64,000 bases of DNA, from positions 1,888,001 to 1,952,000 of the forward strand of contig OZ242005.1 of the NCBI GenBank assembly GCA_965204725.1, in the 5' to 3' direction. This document shows, one piece after another, positions 59,339 through 64,000 of the stretch. The stretch's first letter is position 1. Every line of letters starts with the position of its first letter. The position numbers were made by a program, and so were the translations under genes. The DNA comes from Candidatus Latescibacterota bacterium. Lineage in GTDB: Bacteria > Latescibacterota > UBA2968 > UBA8231. The notes under the pieces are model-generated. The model had not been told where the DNA came from. It ran no database searches and saw only the letters and a program-made list of their open reading frames with translations.

Positions 59339-59911
59339 ATGCAAGGATTGGCACTCATTGATTTGGATAATTTTCGTGAGCGCGACAAGAAGTCTAAGGT
59401 TGATTTGGAGTTTGATACCGAGACGCTTGTCGATGACGTCGCTCGCGCCTTTGCAACTGTATTTCCGACTGCTCGTGAGCTCGACGTCCGTCTGTATGGT
59501 GGCTGGAGGGATGAGACCGGCTCGCCGAGCCACGAGGCATCGTGGCTATACGAGTTGCTGCCCGGTCTGCGCGGCCGCCGACATGGGCTGATCGTCCGCC
59601 CTGCGCTCGCAACGACCATGATCCAATTCCCAGAGTTTCTTCTGCGCGGCACCGTGCGAGGCCGAGGACGGAGGCAGCGACAGAAAATGATTGACGGCAT
59701 GATTGGCTGTGATGCCCTCTATATAGCTACACGCGGCCCGACGTACATTGGTATCGTCACCAACGATGATGACCTTCTACCAGCCACTCTCTCAGCACAC
59801 CGTGAGAACGCCGACGTGTTGGTATGGATGCGTCCCCGAGCCATCGGCTCAGCCGTCAATGACACGGGCTTACTGAACGAAGGGATGCGAATTCACCAGT
59901 TTAGGAGTTGA
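59339..59911 (+). CDS. NYN/PIN-like domain protein (putative nuclease)
   Basis: IDLDN, RLYGGW, QKMID...D, TNDDDLLP acidic motif set; GAGG RBS. Confidence 0.75.
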   Translation: MQGLALIDLDNFRERDKKSKVDLEFDTETLVDDVARAFATVFPTARELDVRLYGGWRDETGSPSHEASWLYELLPGLRGRRHGLIVRPALATTMIQFPEFLLRGTVRGRGRRQRQKMIDGMIGCDALYIATRGPTYIGIVTNDDDLLPATLSAHRENADVLVWMRPRAIGSAVNDTGLLNEGMRIHQFRS

Positions 59912-59915
59912 TCTC

Positions 59916-62207
59916 ATGTTTGAAAGCTATCACAAACGTATCGAACTAGATCTAGCCTCTTTCGCCGATCCCGGTAGTGTCGAGGTAATTCCATCCGGGA
60001 GGACATTATACGCCGAATGGAAGATGCGAGGGGAGCCACGGGCGGCGACGTTTACATTTTCTTCAGACAGTGGTGTTAGTGTCAAGACCGACGACATAAC
60101 CCGGCCCCAGCCTTACTCTATCTTTCTCGCTGGTACGCAAATGGCTGACCTTAGACGCATGGCGCAGATGATAAGCCAAGCTAAGCGTCAGGAGATATTC
60201 ATTCCTACGAGAGCACACCGTACTGATCTCGACACCACCGATCCGTCTTCAGCCACAGAGCTATTGGCTAAACTTCTTGAACGCGACGACGCGGAGACGA
60301 CCCAAGTAGTCATGATTACTGGCGATGCCGGTACAGGAAAGACCCGTGTCCTACAGGAATTGGTTTTACAACAAGCCAGCAAGTATCTTCAAGGAAAAAC
60401 CAAGAAGTTATTCCTATACGTCGATGCACAGGGTCGTGCGCTAGCGCGGCTAGATGAAGCTCTGGCGACAGAGCTTCAGGACCTAAAGGTCAATATTACC
60501 TATCACTCCATTGCAACCCTCGTCCGCGTTGGATTGCTGGTACCGATCATCGATGGCTTCGACGAGCTTCTCGGTGTAAGTGGATACGATGATGCGTTCA
60601 GTTCTCTGGCAACATTTCTAGAGCAGCTAGAGGGTCAGGGCGGGCTGATTGCATCGGCCCGATCTGTGTACTACGAGGAAGAGTTCCGCAGTCGTGCTAG
60701 TCGTGCTTCTATAACAGGAGAACAAGCATGGTCCCACATCCCGGTCGAGATCGTCCCATGGGAATCCAGCTATCAGAAGGACTTTCTGAACGAACTAGCC
60801 AAACATAAGTCTATGTCGGAGGAGAATAAAGCGGCATTAAGCAAACGCGTCGACGAAGTATTCAAGGACAATGAAGCCCTCGCCATGAAACCGCTGTTCT
60901 TCGCCAAAGTTGTCGACCTGCTACTCGAGGAGCCGGATTTTTCCGGCGGCGGGGATCTCCTCAATGAACTGACGCACAGCTATCTAAAACGCGAACAAAA
61001 GGAAAAACTGCTCGACCGACAACAGCAGCCATTACTATCCGAATGCCGCCTTGAACAGCTCATGGGTGAGTTGGCCGAGGAAATGTGGAACCAAGAAACC
61101 CGCGAACTAGACTTCCGCTCCGTTCGGGAAGTCGCGGAATACGTTCTTTACGACGAGAAAGTACCGGAATCCACACGGCAAGTCGTTGTCGAACGGATGC
61201 CGACGCTCGCGTTCCTTGCAACTAATAAGAAGCATACGGGTATTACGTTCGAGCACGAGGTCTTCTTCTTTTATTTTTTAGCCCGAGCAATAGTAAATAA
61301 GTATATTCAAAACAAGGCCCTGCAGGTCGTCTTGAGCCGTTCCACGCTTCCAGAATTTGTCGCTGAACGTTTAGCTTTTGAACTACAGCAAGAGAGCCAC
61401 CTCTCAACACTCAATGACCTACAAAAAATTCTCGATCGGTTGGGTGACGCCGGACGAACTGAGTGGCACCGAACGGGCCAAGTGCGGGAAAACGCTGGCA
61501 TCGTTACGTTGGCGTTATTGCGCAAGTTCACGGATATCAATGGACCGAACTCTGAGATTGAGGGATGCACAATCAGCTCGGTTGTTTTTCCAGGGAGCAA
61601 TCTAGACGGCGTTACGTTACGAAATTGTACATTGGTCAATGTAGAGTTTCGCCGGACTAATTTGAGAACCACCAAATTCATCAAATGCACTGCAAATAAT
61701 GTTCGGCTAGTGGAACCAAGGGTACATGTCAATTCTACTCGTTTGGAGTTGAACGGACTTCGCGTACCCGAGGATGTATCCAGCATTCAAAAACTGAGCG
61801 ACGACGGATCTCCCACGATCTATGATCCGAGTGAGATTATCCATGTTCTCCACGGATGCGGCACCCCCGTGGAGAACAGCAGCGACGAGGAGTTGCACGA
61901 GGTCCCAGAGGAATTTCTGGAGCTGTTGAAAAAACTAATACGGGCGTACGAGAGAGCCAATCCCATCTGTATTAGTAATGACGAGAACCCGTATATCCAA
62001 AGGCTGTTGAAAGATCCTCAGTGGCCTACGTTGCGGGATATTCTTATCGAACACGGCATTGTGAAACGGGAGCATCGCGGGACTAGCGGCCGACGCAAGG
62101 AATTTCTACGCCGTCAGTTTTCATCTGATCAGATCATGTCGGGGATAAGCAAATCGGGCCGCGCCGATCCGCAAATTGCAAGGTTTTGGAACTCTCTTGA
62201 AGTATAG
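59916..62207 (+). CDS. NACHT/STAND-like NTPase with pentapeptide-like repeats
   Basis: Walker A GDAGTGKT, Walker B IIDGFDE, KPLF, FEHEVF..YF, NLDGVTLRNCTLVNVEFRRTNL; AGGAG RBS. Confidence 0.82.
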   Translation: MFESYHKRIELDLASFADPGSVEVIPSGRTLYAEWKMRGEPRAATFTFSSDSGVSVKTDDITRPQPYSIFLAGTQMADLRRMAQMISQAKRQEIFIPTRAHRTDLDTTDPSSATELLAKLLERDDAETTQVVMITGDAGTGKTRVLQELVLQQASKYLQGKTKKLFLYVDAQGRALARLDEALATELQDLKVNITYHSIATLVRVGLLVPIIDGFDELLGVSGYDDAFSSLATFLEQLEGQGGLIASARSVYYEEEFRSRASRASITGEQAWSHIPVEIVPWESSYQKDFLNELAKHKSMSEENKAALSKRVDEVFKDNEALAMKPLFFAKVVDLLLEEPDFSGGGDLLNELTHSYLKREQKEKLLDRQQQPLLSECRLEQLMGELAEEMWNQETRELDFRSVREVAEYVLYDEKVPESTRQVVVERMPTLAFLATNKKHTGITFEHEVFFFYFLARAIVNKYIQNKALQVVLSRSTLPEFVAERLAFELQQESHLSTLNDLQKILDRLGDAGRTEWHRTGQVRENAGIVTLALLRKFTDINGPNSEIEGCTISSVVFPGSNLDGVTLRNCTLVNVEFRRTNLRTTKFIKCTANNVRLVEPRVHVNSTRLELNGLRVPEDVSSIQKLSDDGSPTIYDPSEIIHVLHGCGTPVENSSDEELHEVPEEFLELLKKLIRAYERANPICISNDENPYIQRLLKDPQWPTLRDILIEHGIVKREHRGTSGRRKEFLRRQFSSDQIMSGISKSGRADPQIARFWNSLEV

Positions 62208-62217
62208 AGCGGCCTCC

Positions 62218-62973
62218 TCACCCCTTTCCCCCCTTCACACTCCACACCGCCCCGGTGGTGTACGTATTCCGCTCCGAGCACAAAAACTCAATCACCTCGG
62301 CCAATTCCTCCGCGTCCGCGTAGCGTCCGATCGGGGTGCCTGGGTTGCGCAGGTGCGCCTCGTCAAAGCGCGGTACCACCATGTCGGTCAACGCCCGCCC
62401 CGGCTCGACGCCATTGACGAACACCCCCTGCCGCGGCCAAGCATCGCCTAGCGCCTGAATAAACGACCAAACCGCCCCCTTGGACACCGAGTACGGCACC
62501 TGATTGGGGCTGCCGTGGCGCGCCCCAGAGGAAATCGTCACGCAGCGCCCCCACTCTCGTGCGAGCATGTGCGGGACCGCCGCCTGATGCGCGTAGTACA
62601 CCCCGTGAACATTGATCTGCATGACCTTGGCAAACTGCGCGGCTGGTTGCTCGAAAAAGGGCTTTTCCCACCCCAAGACCCCGGCGCTGCACACCAGAAT
62701 ATCCAGCCGCCCAAAAGCCGCCACCGCTTGGGCCACCGCCGCGTGTACCTGCCCCTCGTCGCTCACGTCCGCCTCGACGAAGAGCGCCTGCTGCCCCATG
62801 GCCTCAATCTCGCGCACCCGCGCCCGCGCCGGTTCGGCCTGCACATCGATAATAGCAACGTGCCGGCCGGCCTCGGCCAAGCGCAACGCGGTCGCCCCCC
62901 CGATGCCGCGGGCACCCCCGGTAATCAGGGCTACCCGTTGTTCCACAGGTGCTGCAAATCGCAAATGTGCCAT
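62218..62973 (-). CDS. SDR family oxidoreductase
   Basis: TGGARGIG, YSVSK (YxxxK), VN...PG. Confidence 0.92.
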   Translation of the reverse strand: MAHLRFAAPVEQRVALITGGARGIGGATALRLAEAGRHVAIIDVQAEPARARVREIEAMGQQALFVEADVSDEGQVHAAVAQAVAAFGRLDILVCSAGVLGWEKPFFEQPAAQFAKVMQINVHGVYYAHQAAVPHMLAREWGRCVTISSGARHGSPNQVPYSVSKGAVWSFIQALGDAWPRQGVFVNGVEPGRALTDMVVPRFDEAHLRNPGTPIGRYADAEELAEVIEFLCSERNTYTTGAVWSVKGGKG

Positions 62974-63074
62974 ACCATCCTTCCTTGCTTGCACGGCTTG
63001 CGCGGCCGCGCAGTTTTGAATAAAGATAAGTTATCTATCGCCCCTTTACGATTATAATATACGGAGCATAAAAA

Positions 63075-64000
63075 ATGAAAATCGCACAGATCGACTCCCT
63101 CCTGCTCGGCAACGGCTATGTCGTCCGCATCACCACGGACACCGGCCTAACCGGCATTGGTCAAACCGCCTGCTGGGGCTATCCCACGGCCGTGCAGAGC
63201 ATCGTCGAGGTCTTCAAAGACTACCTCATCGGCCAAAACCCCCTCCGCATCGAACACCACTGGCAGCACCTCTACCGCATGGCACCCTTCCGTGGCACAG
63301 TCGTCATGGGGGCCGTCTCGGCCGTAGATATCGCGCTGTGGGACATCAAGGGCAAGCATTTCGAGGTCCCGGTGTGGGAGCTATTGGGCGGTAACGTCCG
63401 CGACAAAATCCGCCTGCACCTGCTGTCGGGCGGAGCCACGCCGGAGGCCAACTTCAACGCCGCCCAAGCCGCGGTCGCCGAGGGCTTCACCGCCATCAAG
63501 TTCGACCCCATCACCACGGACTGCCACGACAAGGGCCAAGCGCGGATGATCCAAACCGCAGTCGATCTGACCGCGGCCGCCCGCGAAGCCGGCGGCCCGG
63601 ATTTGGACCTGATTATCGAGCTGCACCGCAAGTTGACGCCCATGGTCTCCTTGGCCCTCGCCGAGGCCCTCAAGCCCTTCCACGTATTCTTCCTCGAAGA
63701 CCCGATCCAAATCGACAGCATCTCCGCCCAAGCCCACATCGCGCAAAAATCCACCGTGCCCTTTGGCAACGGCGAGCGCTTCGTGTCTATATGGGAGTTT
63801 CGCGAGTTGTTGGAGCAGGGCGGCCCCCAGTATTTGCGGCCGGATGTGGCTTTGGCGGGCGGCATCTCGCACTGCAAAAAAATCGCCGCCATCGGCGAGG
63901 CCCATCACTGCGCGGTCGTGACCCACAACTTCTTGGGGCCGCTGACGACGGCGGCCTCCCTACACCTCGACGCCTCCATTCCCAACTTTATCACGCAGGA
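63075..64000 (+). CDS. Mandelate racemase/galactonate dehydratase (DgoD-like) family enzyme, partial
   Basis: MKIAQID, SAVDIALWDIKGK, KFDP, FLEDP, GER, THN; open to the window end. Confidence 0.88.
   Translation, partial: MKIAQIDSLLLGNGYVVRITTDTGLTGIGQTACWGYPTAVQSIVEVFKDYLIGQNPLRIEHHWQHLYRMAPFRGTVVMGAVSAVDIALWDIKGKHFEVPVWELLGGNVRDKIRLHLLSGGATPEANFNAAQAAVAEGFTAIKFDPITTDCHDKGQARMIQTAVDLTAAAREAGGPDLDLIIELHRKLTPMVSLALAEALKPFHVFFLEDPIQIDSISAQAHIAQKSTVPFGNGERFVSIWEFRELLEQGGPQYLRPDVALAGGISHCKKIAAIGEAHHCAVVTHNFLGPLTTAASLHLDASIPNFITQ

Noticed and set aside
63147-63926. Minus-strand ORFs at the window end
   Set aside because: Antisense shadows of the plus-strand enolase-family gene starting at 63075

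Overview
GC-rich bacterial chromosomal window. Inferred lineage (unverified): FCB-group/Latescibacterota-like, possibly a host-associated symbiont, from the ankyrin lipoprotein, FlgD/T9SS-type C-terminus, PhyH dioxygenases and enolase-superfamily enzymes. Metabolic genes (sugar ABC transporter, amidohydrolase, two-component system, enolases, PhyH, uxuA-like, DegT, pabB fusion, AKR, SDR) surround three accessory regions. (1) A ~17 kb defence island (20.5-37.6 kb) of the DUF1156 methyltransferase / DUF499 ATPase / SNF2-DUF3883 restriction-like type. Its methyltransferase carries an intact REP-associated HUH tyrosine transposase (RAYT) inserted in frame with its flanking REP palindromes; the same REP recurs upstream of and inside the island. 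The slot after the MTase holds a DSR1-like sirtuin split in two by an in-frame TAG, an MNT with a truncated partner fused to a duplicate of the MTase 3' end, and a DUF6615-like nuclease. (2) A surface-protein region (39.5-48.1 kb): an ankyrin lipoprotein and a 1477-aa mosaic adhesin share a homologous leader ending in a long poly-C tract, and the adhesin is bracketed by ~650 bp inverted repeats. (3) An AT-richer two-gene NYN-like nuclease + NACHT-like NTPase cassette (59.3-62.2 kb). No rRNA, tRNA or CRISPR array was recognised. All family assignments come from motif recognition by eye, not database searches.
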